The notes: generated by a model from the letters alone, not told the origin. A stretch of DNA of 57,257 nucleotides from an uncultured virus (IMG/VR IMGVR_UViG_3300034110_000988) (IMGVR_UViG_3300034110_000988); one strand, 5' to 3'; numbered from the stretch's first letter, positions 1 through 10,658 are shown. Numbers and translations are program-made.

Positions 1-116
1 TTTATAATAACCAATCACGTCATTCTTTATCAGAAGGAACGATTGTTGATATGGAAGACATTCTTAATATAAAAGATGTCAAAAAGAATAAACCTTTAAA
101 AATGAGAGTGGCATGA
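1..116 (+). CDS. 3' end of a gene truncated by the window edge; basic C-terminus (KDVKKNKPLKMRVA)
   Basis: Open frame from position 3 to TGA at 114-116, overlapping the next ATG (ATGA). Confidence 0.7.
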   Translation, partial: YNNQSRHSLSEGTIVDMEDILNIKDVKKNKPLKMRVA

Positions 117-1519
117 AGAAAGCAACCAGTAAAGAGTTCTTAGACTTATTAAACGATTTTAAAATAAAAAATAATATTGAAGGTAATACGTTTGATTATT
201 ATGCAACGTTTAAATTTTATAAATCGACATTTTTGAATGGGTTTTATGATATGTCGTTGGTCAAAACTGATCATATTGAACACCCGGTCATGATTAAACA
301 CTCAACGTCTAGTTTACTTGAATTGGGGGATGAAAGGTTCACAACATTAGGTGCTAACAATATAGACTATATACCTGTACTAAAAGATGAATATGTTGAC
401 CATATAAAATACATGTTTAATGCTTTACAAAATAGTAACAGTTTTAAAAGTTTTGTTAATGCCGCTATTGCTGATACCCATAATGTTCATTCTAGTTTCA
501 TTTCGAATAAAGACAACATTTATCCTCATCCTGATTTCAGAAATGAAAAAACAATTAAAATGGTAGATGCTTTTTTAGGGTTAAAGAATGCTGTAGAAGA
601 GGAATTGAAACGAGAAAAAAGTAATGAAACTGGACTTCTTTACTATCTTGACAATTTAATTGAAAAAATGCCCCGTGATAGTCTAAGAAAGTATCAAATT
701 GTCAGTGTTTTTAGAGGCCGCGAAACCAATGATCCAGATATTGTTATGGACAAACTTTATGAACAATTTGAGCCTCATTTTCAATTATTTAAAATTGAAA
801 AAATGTTGAACTATGGTCGATTGCTGAATGCAATCACTGAAAAAGCTACGATTGATACACCATTGCTTAACCATTTTATTGAAACAATAAAAGAAGCCCA
901 CCCAGAATGGTTTGTGACTTTTGATGAATCGTTAACTCATTGCATAACTGACGACAACGCTATTAGGGCTGCTGGCATACCTTTGGTTGATATGACGGCT
1001 GATTTTGATTTGATTGACCCCAAATCGTTTATGGCGACCGCCTATCCTAGCTATACTGATGGGTTTTCTCATATCTCTAACCGTTTTAAAGATGCTGAAA
1101 CAAACTTTGTTCATTTGTATGGTGATAATGTCTTTTTTAAGGCTTATTATCACAACCTTCATATCGAACAAGACAATGGCCTTACTTACTGTAAAAGTGT
1201 GGATTCGGATGTGGCGTTCTGTTTAAAAGATTCCAACAGAAAAGATTTCATTACACCTGTTTTAGATTACTTAGATAAAAACGAAATCGTTCTTAATCTT
1301 TCAAGAGACAGCACACTTTATCATCACATTAAAAAAGATGATTTAGCAGTATTAGTGAAAAGCGAATACCCTAATCTTGTTTTTATTAATGATGAACTTG
1401 GTTACAAGAAGTTAGGGGCTATTTTTGAGGCTAAAACTTATAAGGAAGCTCTTTCTATTTATCAAGGGACTGATGAGCAAGCGGTTGCTAAAAGAATAAA
1501 AAATAAAGCTGGTCTTTAA
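113..1519 (+). CDS. hypothetical protein, 468 aa, basic C-terminal tail
   Basis: Long ORF translationally coupled to upstream gene; no recognisable motif. Confidence 0.85.
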   Translation: MKKATSKEFLDLLNDFKIKNNIEGNTFDYYATFKFYKSTFLNGFYDMSLVKTDHIEHPVMIKHSTSSLLELGDERFTTLGANNIDYIPVLKDEYVDHIKYMFNALQNSNSFKSFVNAAIADTHNVHSSFISNKDNIYPHPDFRNEKTIKMVDAFLGLKNAVEEELKREKSNETGLLYYLDNLIEKMPRDSLRKYQIVSVFRGRETNDPDIVMDKLYEQFEPHFQLFKIEKMLNYGRLLNAITEKATIDTPLLNHFIETIKEAHPEWFVTFDESLTHCITDDNAIRAAGIPLVDMTADFDLIDPKSFMATAYPSYTDGFSHISNRFKDAETNFVHLYGDNVFFKAYYHNLHIEQDNGLTYCKSVDSDVAFCLKDSNRKDFITPVLDYLDKNEIVLNLSRDSTLYHHIKKDDLAVLVKSEYPNLVFINDELGYKKLGAIFEAKTYKEALSIYQGTDEQAVAKRIKNKAGL

Positions 1520-1581
1520 AATAGCATTGTTATTTTAATAATTTTTTGATATAATTCCTTTTCAAATGAAGAGGATTTTTT

Positions 1582-1983
1582 ATGAAGTTTAATCTTACAC
1601 CTGTTGGTAGTGATTCAACGCCACGCTTTGAAGTAACCATTCAATATCTACATGGTGCCACTGACTACACCGTGCGTCATGATATAGCTGTTATTCCTAG
1701 CGGAGATCTTGGCGATCTAGAAAAATATATCACTCGTTTTAATGAACTCAGCCATATGGTGGAAGCAAATAGAACAGATGGTGTTGAGTATCCAGTAGAG
1801 TACCGAGGCGACTTCGAAGACTACTTTGCAATTTTTGAGGTTGAAGGTTTGGATGTTGTTTCCATTGAGTTGGTTAATGACGAAACTGATGATGATTTTG
1901 ATTGTTTTGCTCGTATGTCGATTACTGAAATCTTCTATTACAACGAGCATGGTGCAAAATTCAAAGTCGAAATTTCAGAGTAA
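1582..1983 (+). CDS. acidic hypothetical protein
   Basis: ORF with GAGGA SD, upstream TATAAT, downstream terminator. Confidence 0.85.
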   Translation: MKFNLTPVGSDSTPRFEVTIQYLHGATDYTVRHDIAVIPSGDLGDLEKYITRFNELSHMVEANRTDGVEYPVEYRGDFEDYFAIFEVEGLDVVSIELVNDETDDDFDCFARMSITEIFYYNEHGAKFKVEISE

Positions 1984-1993
1984 TATTGTTTAC

Positions 1994-2016
1994 AGGTCAC
2001 TTCGGTGGCCTTTTTT
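1994..2016 (+). terminator. rho-independent terminator, UUCG loop
   Basis: AGGTCAC-TTCG-GTGGCC-T6; identical copy at 18006-18028. Confidence 0.9.
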
Positions 2017-2093
2017 GTATATTGTCGAATATAAGTTGACTAAATATAATAAATTTGATACTATCCAGCCAACTATTATTCAGAGGTGTCACT

Positions 2094-2861
2094 ATGGATT
2101 CCGACAATCGCGTTTCTTTTTATACAGATTTGACCAAGCATCATGAGTTTCTATCCCGTTTGAAAGAAATCATCAATCATCCAGAAAGCAACATTGTGGA
2201 TTGTTATTTCGCTCAATCTACTTCGAATCGCTTTTCTCTTTTTATTGATACGAAAAATCCACGTTATTCTTTCAAAAGCATTGTTTTCGATTTTTCGAAC
2301 CCATTTTGGCGAGACTCTTGGGGAGATTCAGATAGCACCTATTTAGAGGATGGTTTGTCTCAATTCGATATTGACAATCTCAAACCTTTCTTTGCTGATT
2401 TCACATTCAAGAATTCCTATGAAGGTCTTTTTTTTGCATCTGTCTTCTTTGGTGAAACATTCAACCCTAGTCGAGCATCTACGATTTATTTAAAATTCAC
2501 ACCTGATGCTGAAAAGAATAAGCACACCGTTGATGGTAAGCATTGTGAACTTCAATTGGCGGTCACTTCACGAGAAAATTTGGTTTATGAATTAGAACGT
2601 GAACGCAATAAAAAACATGCTGGCCTTTATATCTGCAGCACTTACAGCTTTCAGCATCATAAAGAAATGAAATACTGCATTGACCAGATTAATAAAGTCT
2701 CTGGATATGTCCCAAAAACAGACTGGTATGTTATTGAGTTTTACCACGACCTTGAACATCTTGGCAGCTATATCAAAACTGTTTACAAAGTGGTTGATGA
2801 ACAGTTAGTTGAAGTAGATATTGAAGAGTTTGTAACACACAATCAACTGGCTATTAATTAA
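2094..2861 (+). CDS. hypothetical protein
   Basis: ORF; start moved to ATG after GAGGTG SD. Confidence 0.85.
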   Translation: MDSDNRVSFYTDLTKHHEFLSRLKEIINHPESNIVDCYFAQSTSNRFSLFIDTKNPRYSFKSIVFDFSNPFWRDSWGDSDSTYLEDGLSQFDIDNLKPFFADFTFKNSYEGLFFASVFFGETFNPSRASTIYLKFTPDAEKNKHTVDGKHCELQLAVTSRENLVYELERERNKKHAGLYICSTYSFQHHKEMKYCIDQINKVSGYVPKTDWYVIEFYHDLEHLGSYIKTVYKVVDEQLVEVDIEEFVTHNQLAIN

Positions 2862-2891
2862 CTCAATAAATTATTAAATAGGACAAACCTT

Positions 2892-3233
2892 ATGAACCTG
2901 AAAAATGATTTTTACTACACCGTACTTAAAGATACAGAAAACGATTGTATTGTTCTTCATATGGTTACAAAGAACACATGGGACACTGAAGCTCTTATGG
3001 ACCATCCTGATTTCTTGGAAGAATATTCTAGACAATTTACATTGCCGGGATACATCTTTGAAGTGTCAGGTATGAATGGTGATGATTGTCTTGATATCGT
3101 TGACCGTGTAGATGGGAAGCCAGTCGATGGTCATCAATTGTTGAATGATTTGACATCGAATGGCTATACAGTCAATGATGATTTTGGTCAACATCTTGAA
3201 GATTCGTCTGATGGGTATTTTGTAAAGGTGTAA
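2892..3233 (+). CDS. acidic hypothetical protein
   Basis: ORF with AGGA SD. Confidence 0.8.
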   Translation: MNLKNDFYYTVLKDTENDCIVLHMVTKNTWDTEALMDHPDFLEEYSRQFTLPGYIFEVSGMNGDDCLDIVDRVDGKPVDGHQLLNDLTSNGYTVNDDFGQHLEDSSDGYFVKV

Positions 3234-3257
3234 AAAAGAGGCCGAAGCCTCTTTTTT
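3232..3257. terminator. bidirectional terminator between convergent genes
   Basis: A6-GAGGC-CGAA-GCCTC-T6. Confidence 0.9.
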
Positions 3258-3600
3258 AATGTCCACTTGTTTTTGAAAACAGATTGATGATGATAACGCC
3301 AGTGACAATGAAAACAATGCCTAACATCGCTGGCAGGTCTATTTTCTGGTTAAATACCACAACGCCTATAATCGCAGTGGCAACAATACCTACACCAGCC
3401 CATATCGCATAGGCAATGCCTAATGGAACCACTTTAAGCGATTGAGATAGGCAATAGAAGGACGCAACGAAGAACACCGCCATAAGTGCCGTAGGAATGA
3501 GTTTGCTGAATTGTTCACTCTTAGTGAGGAATGTGATTCCTATGAGTTCGCAGACGATTGCGGTTGTTAAATAAAGGTAAGCGGCATATATTGGGTTCAT
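3256..3600 (-). CDS. SMR family (EmrE/Qac-like) small multidrug transporter
   Basis: 114 aa, four hydrophobic segments, membrane Glu in AIVCELIG, KSEQFSK and AYAIWAGVG motifs. Confidence 0.93.
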   Translation of the reverse strand: MNPIYAAYLYLTTAIVCELIGITFLTKSEQFSKLIPTALMAVFFVASFYCLSQSLKVVPLGIAYAIWAGVGIVATAIIGVVVFNQKIDLPAMLGIVFIVTGVIIINLFSKTSGH

Positions 3601-3738
3601 GATGGTGTCTAAATGTTAATCATAATATTGTATATTTCGCAAGAAAATTGTCAAATATCTTATTTTTAAAAAAAAGTCTTTTTTTCGTTTTTAAATCTAT
3701 GCTATACTTGGCTCATCATTCATCAAAGAGATCTATCA

Positions 3739-4236
3739 ATGACTTCAAAGTCTGTTGCTTCAATTCTAAATAAACACGGAATTACACTCTATTCGAAAAA
3801 GCACACAATTAAAAAAACAACTATCCGAAATCCTATTAATATAGGTGGCAAGCACGGTGAAGACTTGGTAGAAAACGATCTTATTCGTTCGGGAATTTCA
3901 TTTCAACGTCAATCAAAAGTTGATGTGCCACAAGAATTTTTTGAAGAAAAACGTAAAACGTTTGATTTCTCTATTGTTCATAACTGTGAACCTATCTACA
4001 TTGAAGCCAAATACCAAGCAGTTGAAGGTTCAGTAAAAGATAAAATTGCTGGTCTTCTTTGGGGGCTTAGCTTTCTCGATGAAAAAGTAGTGGTGGTTTT
4101 AAATGGTAAAGCATTTAAAGATAAATTCGTTAAAGTTATGGTCAATCGCATTCAAAATGATGAAAAGTTGAGTGAACGAATTAAAATTATGAAAGGTGCT
4201 GATTTTTATCAATACATCTCAAAACTTAAAAATTGA
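3739..4236 (+). CDS. PD-(D/E)XK superfamily nuclease
   Basis: GKHGEDLVE...TFDF...IEAKYQAVEGSVKDKI pattern. Confidence 0.75.
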   Translation: MTSKSVASILNKHGITLYSKKHTIKKTTIRNPINIGGKHGEDLVENDLIRSGISFQRQSKVDVPQEFFEEKRKTFDFSIVHNCEPIYIEAKYQAVEGSVKDKIAGLLWGLSFLDEKVVVVLNGKAFKDKFVKVMVNRIQNDEKLSERIKIMKGADFYQYISKLKN

Positions 4237-4293
4237 CTTAAAATGACCCATTTGCTATAATTCAATCTTAAAAAACCTTATAGGATAAATAAC

Positions 4294-4677
4294 ATGCCAT
4301 CGACCAGTTACCCAGTCCACGAACCTGTGCAAGAACCAGTCGCTTTTCTCCGTAGTTCACTTGAGAGCGTGTATGTTGTCTCTCATGAAGGTGGTAAGCT
4401 CTTTCATCTCAAAGATCTGACCATGACCGAAGAAAAGCTTCCCGAAGAATGCGAACCGGGTTGGGTGGTCACTAAAAACGCGGCTGGCGTATTTGAAGAT
4501 TTTGAACTCGATGACAGTGTTAAAGAACAACTGACAGAAGATCCAGAACTTATTGCATTCCTTAACAAGATGATTGTTGATTCTTGCACCGGAAAAACAA
4601 ACTATGATGTTGCTTGGTGGGTAGGTGGTTTCAATAACTTCATGGCTGGTTTCTGTAATCGTCATTACAATTTCTAA
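4294..4677 (+). CDS. hypothetical protein
   Basis: ORF with AGGA SD, promoter and terminator. Confidence 0.8.
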   Translation: MPSTSYPVHEPVQEPVAFLRSSLESVYVVSHEGGKLFHLKDLTMTEEKLPEECEPGWVVTKNAAGVFEDFELDDSVKEQLTEDPELIAFLNKMIVDSCTGKTNYDVAWWVGGFNNFMAGFCNRHYNF

Positions 4678-4699
4678 ACTTAACAACCATGTTTAAAAT

Positions 4700-4721
4700 A
4701 AGAGGCTTCGGCCTCTTTTTT
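4700..4721 (+). terminator. rho-independent terminator
   Basis: AAGAGGC-TTCG-GCCTCTTTTTT; same core at 8548-8569 and inverted at 3232 and 6146. Confidence 0.9.
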
Positions 4722-4818
4722 GTTTTGGAAAATATAAGTTGCTTTATTTTTAGTTTTCGTTTATACTCCGGCCTTTTATAGTGAAAATGAAAAAAATTAT
4801 AATAGGAATGTATCATAA

Positions 4819-6120
4819 ATGAATCAAGAACTCTTTGTTGAAAAAATTATTAGAGATCCATTAATCTTATTGAACGATTTTTCTGAATTAGGATTTAAGC
4901 TGTATGACAATCGCTTAGGTCAGTCTCATTATGAATCAGGATTTAATCGTGTAAATTTTGAAAATCATAGAATTACTTCAGTTTTTGATTATAATAATGA
5001 CCTTATTATAGCTATGTTTGAAAAAATATTTCCCGAAAATGGTAAGTACACTGTTAAAAACTTATTTTCTCTTCTTAACTTTTATCAAATAATTTTTTCT
5101 AAAAATTGTTATTACAATGAAGAATGTCACATTGTATTTTTAAAGAATTATTTTAGCTTTAAAAGCCCCATATTCAGTTTTAGATTTATTGATGGTGTTT
5201 TTGAAGATATTAAATTGACGAATGAACTTTTTTTTAAATACAAGGATATTGAAAAAATAACAATAGACGCATTGTATGAATTAATTTTTAAAAACTTTAA
5301 ATCTGCATTTTACCAGTATTTTAAAGATGACAACATTATTATTGATAATAATATTGTACATAAAATTATTAATGGAACTACATGGGAATATTATGAAAAA
5401 AAATTTTCTAATAAATCTTTCAAAATAATGGCTGATTACACATTTAATGAAAGACTTCGTAATTACGCTCACCCAATTAAAATAAACCACACCTCTGTAA
5501 CATTAGAAAATATTCCATTAAAAACGTTGCTTATTGGTGCTTTTGATGAAGATTTTAAAGATGGTGAATGCATAAATAAATTGTGCTTTTTCAAGGATTT
5601 TGATTACTTTATAGAAGAAGGTTACTTTTCTGATATAAGTTTTAATTCAAATGATCATTTTTTTGTTAAATATATTTTAAAAGATGTCTTAGATGAAATA
5701 GAAATCTCTTATTTATCTTCTGTTTTTTCTTTGCTTCAATTTTATGATGAACTTTTTCTTAATAATTGTGCTACGAGAGATTTCAAAAGAAGATCAAATG
5801 CAAAATACCCTGATGATTTACAATACCTTGTTGGTAAAAAAATTTCCATGCATAGGCGTAGTTATTCAGATATTGATCGATCCCCTAGGGAAAATGACTA
5901 TGCATACCTGTTTATACTATCTAGTTTTGCTTTGTATCTAGGAGATAAAAATTTAGAATTAAGCCTTCCGGGTAATGAAAAAATAATTACGGATAGTTTT
6001 ATTGATATGTATGCCGAGTTATTAAAAATTGTCACTAAAAAAATAAAGGAAGCTCTCAATGTTGAATCTGATGTTGTCAACGTTAATGAGCTTCGATTAT
6101 TGGAAATAATTCTATACTGA
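4819..6120 (+). CDS. hypothetical protein, very AT-rich, internal duplication, C-terminal tag family
   Basis: LFSLLNFYQIIF and VFSLLQFYDELF repeats; ends NELRLLEIILY. Confidence 0.85.
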   Translation: MNQELFVEKIIRDPLILLNDFSELGFKLYDNRLGQSHYESGFNRVNFENHRITSVFDYNNDLIIAMFEKIFPENGKYTVKNLFSLLNFYQIIFSKNCYYNEECHIVFLKNYFSFKSPIFSFRFIDGVFEDIKLTNELFFKYKDIEKITIDALYELIFKNFKSAFYQYFKDDNIIIDNNIVHKIINGTTWEYYEKKFSNKSFKIMADYTFNERLRNYAHPIKINHTSVTLENIPLKTLLIGAFDEDFKDGECINKLCFFKDFDYFIEEGYFSDISFNSNDHFFVKYILKDVLDEIEISYLSSVFSLLQFYDELFLNNCATRDFKRRSNAKYPDDLQYLVGKKISMHRRSYSDIDRSPRENDYAYLFILSSFALYLGDKNLELSLPGNEKIITDSFIDMYAELLKIVTKKIKEALNVESDVVNVNELRLLEIILY

Positions 6121-6145
6121 TCTAAATATCAGATCTCTACATGAT

Positions 6146-6170
6146 AAAAAAGAGGCCGAAGCCTCTTTTT
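6146..6170. terminator. bidirectional terminator
   Basis: A6-GAGGC-CGAA-GCCTC-T5. Confidence 0.85.
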
Positions 6171-6456
6171 CTTTGACTTATAAAGGGTTAAACCAAAATC
6201 ATATTGACCATTCCAGTCTGCTTTTGAAATCATACGCAGAATCAATAGCTATTTCTGGTATGGCTTCTTTCAATAACGGATGGTCTTTATTAATTTTCTA
6301 TCAAAAAAGCTAGCACTTTGCTTCATTGTTTTAAACATGAACATTTCCCGTTATTTTTTAGGAAAGTATATTATCATACTCTGTAAAAACATCAATATTT
6401 TTTGACTATTTGATACTTCTGTTGTATGCTTGCTGTATTCAATAGGAGTAATGTTT

Positions 6457-7077
6457 ATGGATTTTTTTGATGTTTTATTCAAAACGCTTGATATTGCAAC
6501 AAGACCAATAGGCTGGGTAAAATATTCAGTTAATTCGCTTGGTTCACTTAAAAAAGAAGTTTGCTCATTTTTGAATAGCTATTATCAAGTTGATACGTTT
6601 AATTACAAAGACTATGCAGTTCGTGTGCATGCTTTTGGTGGCTTTTACATTTACCACAAGAAAACTGGTAAAGCTATTACACGCAGTACTAGAACAAACA
6701 CAAAGTATATCGAAATAGACTTAGACAATATGATGTCTAGAGAATTCCCAGAAAAACAATTGAGCGAACTTAATAAATTTTGCAAAGTTAAAGAACGTAT
6801 TTACCTTTCCTATGAAGATAGCAAGATTACTCAAGTGCAAAACACAATTACCTTAGTGCCACACCATGTTGCAGATATTATTCTGGATGATGAAGAAGTT
6901 TATGTCGATATTTGCGTCATTAAGGATAGTAACAATAAAGTAATCAAATTGTATAAAGAACTCTATAATTTTGTTTTTATGCATGGTAATCGTCTTAGTT
7001 TAGTTAATTATTCTAACAATTACAATATTGAAGATATTTTTAACGACATTATTAAGGAAAAGAACGCAGTCATTTAA
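6457..7077 (+). CDS. hypothetical protein
   Basis: ORF; start set after AGGAG SD. Confidence 0.8.
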   Translation: MDFFDVLFKTLDIATRPIGWVKYSVNSLGSLKKEVCSFLNSYYQVDTFNYKDYAVRVHAFGGFYIYHKKTGKAITRSTRTNTKYIEIDLDNMMSREFPEKQLSELNKFCKVKERIYLSYEDSKITQVQNTITLVPHHVADIILDDEEVYVDICVIKDSNNKVIKLYKELYNFVFMHGNRLSLVNYSNNYNIEDIFNDIIKEKNAVI

Positions 7078-7176
7078 TCTGCGTTTCCAATAGTCAGTTG
7101 TTGATTTTCGAAATTATGACTTGCTAACATACCTTTAAAATGATAAAATAAGGCTCAATTTAAAGAGATCTCTTTC

Positions 7177-7518
7177 ATGAGTATTCATATTAATTATTGG
7201 GAATGGAAATCAGCCGAAGAATGCCTTCAATGGCTCTTTGAAAACCATTCCGACATGAAATCTTACGGTGGCCTGCATGTGTGGCAAGAGTCATTTGCTA
7301 CATTGGGTGGTGGCATGTTGGCAGGGAGCTTTGATCATCTTCGTCCAGAAATGTTGGAAGGGCGTGTCTATTCTGTTCGATTCTCCGACCATTCAGTAGC
7401 GGTTTGCTATCACGATCAAGTGTTCATTCGTGAAATCTTTAATCGTAGTTATCCACAGCAGACACGGCTGGTTAGGGCACGACTTCCTACAACTGCAGCC
7501 TTGAAAGCTGGTCATTGA
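7177..7518 (+). CDS. hypothetical protein
   Basis: ORF downstream of TTGCTA/TAAAAT promoter. Confidence 0.75.
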   Translation: MSIHINYWEWKSAEECLQWLFENHSDMKSYGGLHVWQESFATLGGGMLAGSFDHLRPEMLEGRVYSVRFSDHSVAVCYHDQVFIREIFNRSYPQQTRLVRARLPTTAALKAGH

Positions 7519-7627
7519 TTTTTTAGGTATTGTTTGATATACTGTTCATAACACGGCCATCATTTGCAGGAGTTTTTAACTTTTTCAACTTGATGGTTTT
7601 TTATTTCTATCGCATAGGAATTATTCC

Positions 7628-7945
7628 ATGTCTAATAACGTTATTCTCGCCATCGGCCATAAATGCCCAATCAACAGCAACCTCGCTCAATATGCTCCTG
7701 AATGCGTCAACGTATGGCACCAGAATGGTTCCGCTTTTGTCGGTATGCTGGTTAATGACAATTTCAAAGATATCTTTGACGTGATGACCATCGACAAAGA
7801 AAAAATCGAATCCCAATTCAAGGATTATTCCAAGCTGGTTCAAACCGTTGCTGTTGATAGCGAATGGAAAAGTCTTGATGACCGCCACGATTGGTTTGAA
7901 ATCTTTAATGCTGGTAATCCCGAGTTGGTTCTTTTGGTCGTTTAA
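7628..7945 (+). CDS. hypothetical protein
   Basis: ORF with AGGA SD. Confidence 0.8.
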   Translation: MSNNVILAIGHKCPINSNLAQYAPECVNVWHQNGSAFVGMLVNDNFKDIFDVMTIDKEKIESQFKDYSKLVQTVAVDSEWKSLDDRHDWFEIFNAGNPELVLLVV

Positions 7946-7991
7946 CTTACTTTTAAAAACTATACACTCAATTAATTGATGGAGATACTTT

Positions 7992-8528
7992 ATGTTTGAA
8001 TTGGTTGTTGTTCCTAAACTTGATAAGGTTACTGTTCAACGTGTGTTGGCTGGTGAATTCACGATGAAAGAATTTGATGCTATTAAACCGCAACTTGAAG
8101 ATCGAATGAATTATATCGTTCGTAAAATTGTAGAGTTGAGCAATCTCAACTTGGAATGGTGGGATTTTGATAATTTGGGTGAGGGCCAAGAAGATCGTGG
8201 ATTCTTTAACCCTCTCGCTTACGATGAATTTGTAGGTATTGTTCGTGAATGCACAGGTAAGTCTTACAAAAATATCTGTTTTGAAAAATACGAAGAAAAA
8301 ATTCCAGTTCGTTTCCTTTGGATGGACTTTGAGGAACAAGTTGCCCAAGAGTTTGAAGATTTTAAAACGAATATTGATGTTAACTTCATCAATGCTGCGA
8401 ACAAAGCAGTGGAACATAAACAAAAACTCGATGCTATTATTGCTTCGGTTAAATCCAAATTGACACCAGAAGAAATGGCTTATATCCAATTCAAGGTGCC
8501 GACTGGATCTAAAAGCCATCGTAAATAA
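7992..8528 (+). CDS. hypothetical protein
   Basis: ORF with GGAG SD, terminator follows. Confidence 0.85.
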   Translation: MFELVVVPKLDKVTVQRVLAGEFTMKEFDAIKPQLEDRMNYIVRKIVELSNLNLEWWDFDNLGEGQEDRGFFNPLAYDEFVGIVRECTGKSYKNICFEKYEEKIPVRFLWMDFEEQVAQEFEDFKTNIDVNFINAANKAVEHKQKLDAIIASVKSKLTPEEMAYIQFKVPTGSKSHRK

Positions 8529-8623
8529 GTAATATCGTGGTCAATAGAAGAGGCTTCGGCCTCTTTTTTGTTTTATATTTATTTATGTTAGAATATAACT
8601 AATAATTTAAATGTTGGTCTATT

Positions 8624-9139
8624 ATGAGTCTTGTCGTTGCTGCTGTTGTAGGTGATTTTGCTTTAATTGCATCTTCTCGTAAACAATCCTTTGTTTTTAA
8701 TATCATTGAAAACATAGAAAAAATTGTTCTTCATGATATAAGTGATACCAATCTCATTTTCTCAAATAATTATGCTATCGCTCGCTGTAATGATCTTTCA
8801 CCTGAGTTTTTCACTTTGGTATTAGATGGTTCATTTGCATCAGGATTTGATTTATCTTTTCATACTTTTGACCATTTAACTAAAACAGAAAGCAAACAAC
8901 CATTGATTTCTGGTGAACCTTTATTTATCGCAGTTAATGAGTTGAAGAAAAATGAACTAAGAAATGGATTTAATTACTATATTAATAATATGAAGATAAA
9001 TAATCAAAAAGAAATCATTCACGCATTGAAAAACTTTTATAAAGTGTGTAGTCGATTAAATAATTCAGTTAATGCTGGGTTCCATCTATTGTTGGTGCAT
9101 AAATCAAAATCTTATATTTTTAAATTTATTGATAATTAG
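8624..9139 (+). CDS. hypothetical protein (N-terminus weakly Ntn-hydrolase-like)
   Basis: ORF; MSLVVAAV...ALIASS start resembles Ntn-fold first strands, weak. Confidence 0.7.
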   Translation: MSLVVAAVVGDFALIASSRKQSFVFNIIENIEKIVLHDISDTNLIFSNNYAIARCNDLSPEFFTLVLDGSFASGFDLSFHTFDHLTKTESKQPLISGEPLFIAVNELKKNELRNGFNYYINNMKINNQKEIIHALKNFYKVCSRLNNSVNAGFHLLLVHKSKSYIFKFIDN

Positions 9140-9229
9140 CTTATATTTTAATCAATATTTTCATAAGCTTATTGCTATTTTCAATTTCCTTTGTTACCAT
9201 TGTGAAACTATTTAGGAGATAAGTCATAC

Positions 9230-10630
9230 ATGCGTAAACATCAATTCAAATTTTCAGAAGTCACTGCTGTTCGTGAAATTCCAAAAGCTGTTGAAGTTAT
9301 TGTCAGAACTTATAAATCCACCGAAGATGGCCCTATTGTTCATGAGTCCATTCCTGTTGCTATCCATCCTTTCCTTAATGATGAAAATTTCAGTGCTCAA
9401 CATGAGTCTGTTCTCTATGTTATGCTGCATATTAAAGAAAATGACAAAACCATTGCTAAAAAAGTAACTGCAGCTATCGCTAGCCTTCCAAAGCATATCA
9501 CCAAAGTTTCGGTACTGGCTGATGTGGGTTGCTTGAAACAGTTCACCGCTGGGTTGCTGGTGGCTACTGCTAATCAATGGTCTGCTAAATCTGAACAGAA
9601 ATCGAAAGAACCCAAAGATGTCACTGTCATTTACGAAGGTGATGAACCACTAGGTGAACTGAATGACCAGATTGCGTTGGGTAAAGCTCTGGCTTTTGCT
9701 CAGGCTACCAAAATTCGACTTATCGAAATGCCTTCCAATTATCTCACTCCATCAGCTTTGCTTGAAGAAGCCAGAACCATCAGGGATTCCAGCCAAAAGG
9801 TCACGCTTTCCTATGTCAGTGGCAAAGACTTGAAAGAAGAAGGTTACGGCTCTCTTTACGCTGTCTCCAAAGGTTCTGTTGAAGAAGGCCATTTGATCAC
9901 GCTTGAATACAATGGTGGTGAGAAAGGCGAAGCCCCTATTGTGCTGGTTGGTAAAGGTTTGACTTTCGACTCAGGTGGTATTTCTATTAAGCCTTCCCGT
10001 GGCATGGGCCGCATGAAAGGTGACATGGGTGGTGCGGCTACGGTTTTGGCTTCATTGATTTACGCGATTGAAACCGATGTGAAGAAAAATATTGTGGCGA
10101 TCATAGCTACGTGTGAAAACATGCCAGACGCTGCTGCTCTCAAACCGGGTGATGTGATTACTGCCAAGAATGGCAAAACCATTGAAGTGGAAGACACTGA
10201 CGCCGAAGGTCGTTTGGTACTGGCTGACGCTCTTTGTCATGCTCAAACTTTCAATGGTGCAGTTACCATTGATTTTGCTACCCTAACAGGTGCTGTTATT
10301 GCGGCTATCGGTCATGTCCACACTGGCTTGTTCACTGAAAACGATGAGTTGGCTGAAACCATCCTTACGGCTGGTAAAGCTTCTGGTGATACGGCGTGGC
10401 GTTTGCCTTTGGGTGATGAGTATAATCACTTCCTAGAAAGCTCAGTGGCTGACCTCAACAACCTTTGCTTGGGTCAAGGTGCGGGTGCAACCAACGGTGC
10501 TATCTTCTTGCGTGAGTTCGCTCCCAAAGAAAACTGGATTCACCTTGATATCGCAGGCACCAGTGATCATAACGGTGGTACCGGACGCCCAGTTGGTTTG
10601 ATGTCGCATTTCTTGGACAGTTTCCGCTAA
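9230..10630 (+). CDS. pepA: M17 family leucyl aminopeptidase (PepA/PepB-like)
   Basis: LVGKGLTFDSGGISIKP, MKGDMGG, DTDAEGRLVLAD, ATLTGA, WIHLDIAG motifs. Confidence 0.95.
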   Translation: MRKHQFKFSEVTAVREIPKAVEVIVRTYKSTEDGPIVHESIPVAIHPFLNDENFSAQHESVLYVMLHIKENDKTIAKKVTAAIASLPKHITKVSVLADVGCLKQFTAGLLVATANQWSAKSEQKSKEPKDVTVIYEGDEPLGELNDQIALGKALAFAQATKIRLIEMPSNYLTPSALLEEARTIRDSSQKVTLSYVSGKDLKEEGYGSLYAVSKGSVEEGHLITLEYNGGEKGEAPIVLVGKGLTFDSGGISIKPSRGMGRMKGDMGGAATVLASLIYAIETDVKKNIVAIIATCENMPDAAALKPGDVITAKNGKTIEVEDTDAEGRLVLADALCHAQTFNGAVTIDFATLTGAVIAAIGHVHTGLFTENDELAETILTAGKASGDTAWRLPLGDEYNHFLESSVADLNNLCLGQGAGATNGAIFLREFAPKENWIHLDIAGTSDHNGGTGRPVGLMSHFLDSFR

Positions 10631-10658
10631 CTTTTATTGATGTCATAAAAAAGAGCCT

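Noticed and set aside
6177..6345. Minus-strand gene between 4819 and 6457
   Set aside because: The ATG-led frame stops after 24 codons; possibly a decayed gene, but it cannot be supported.
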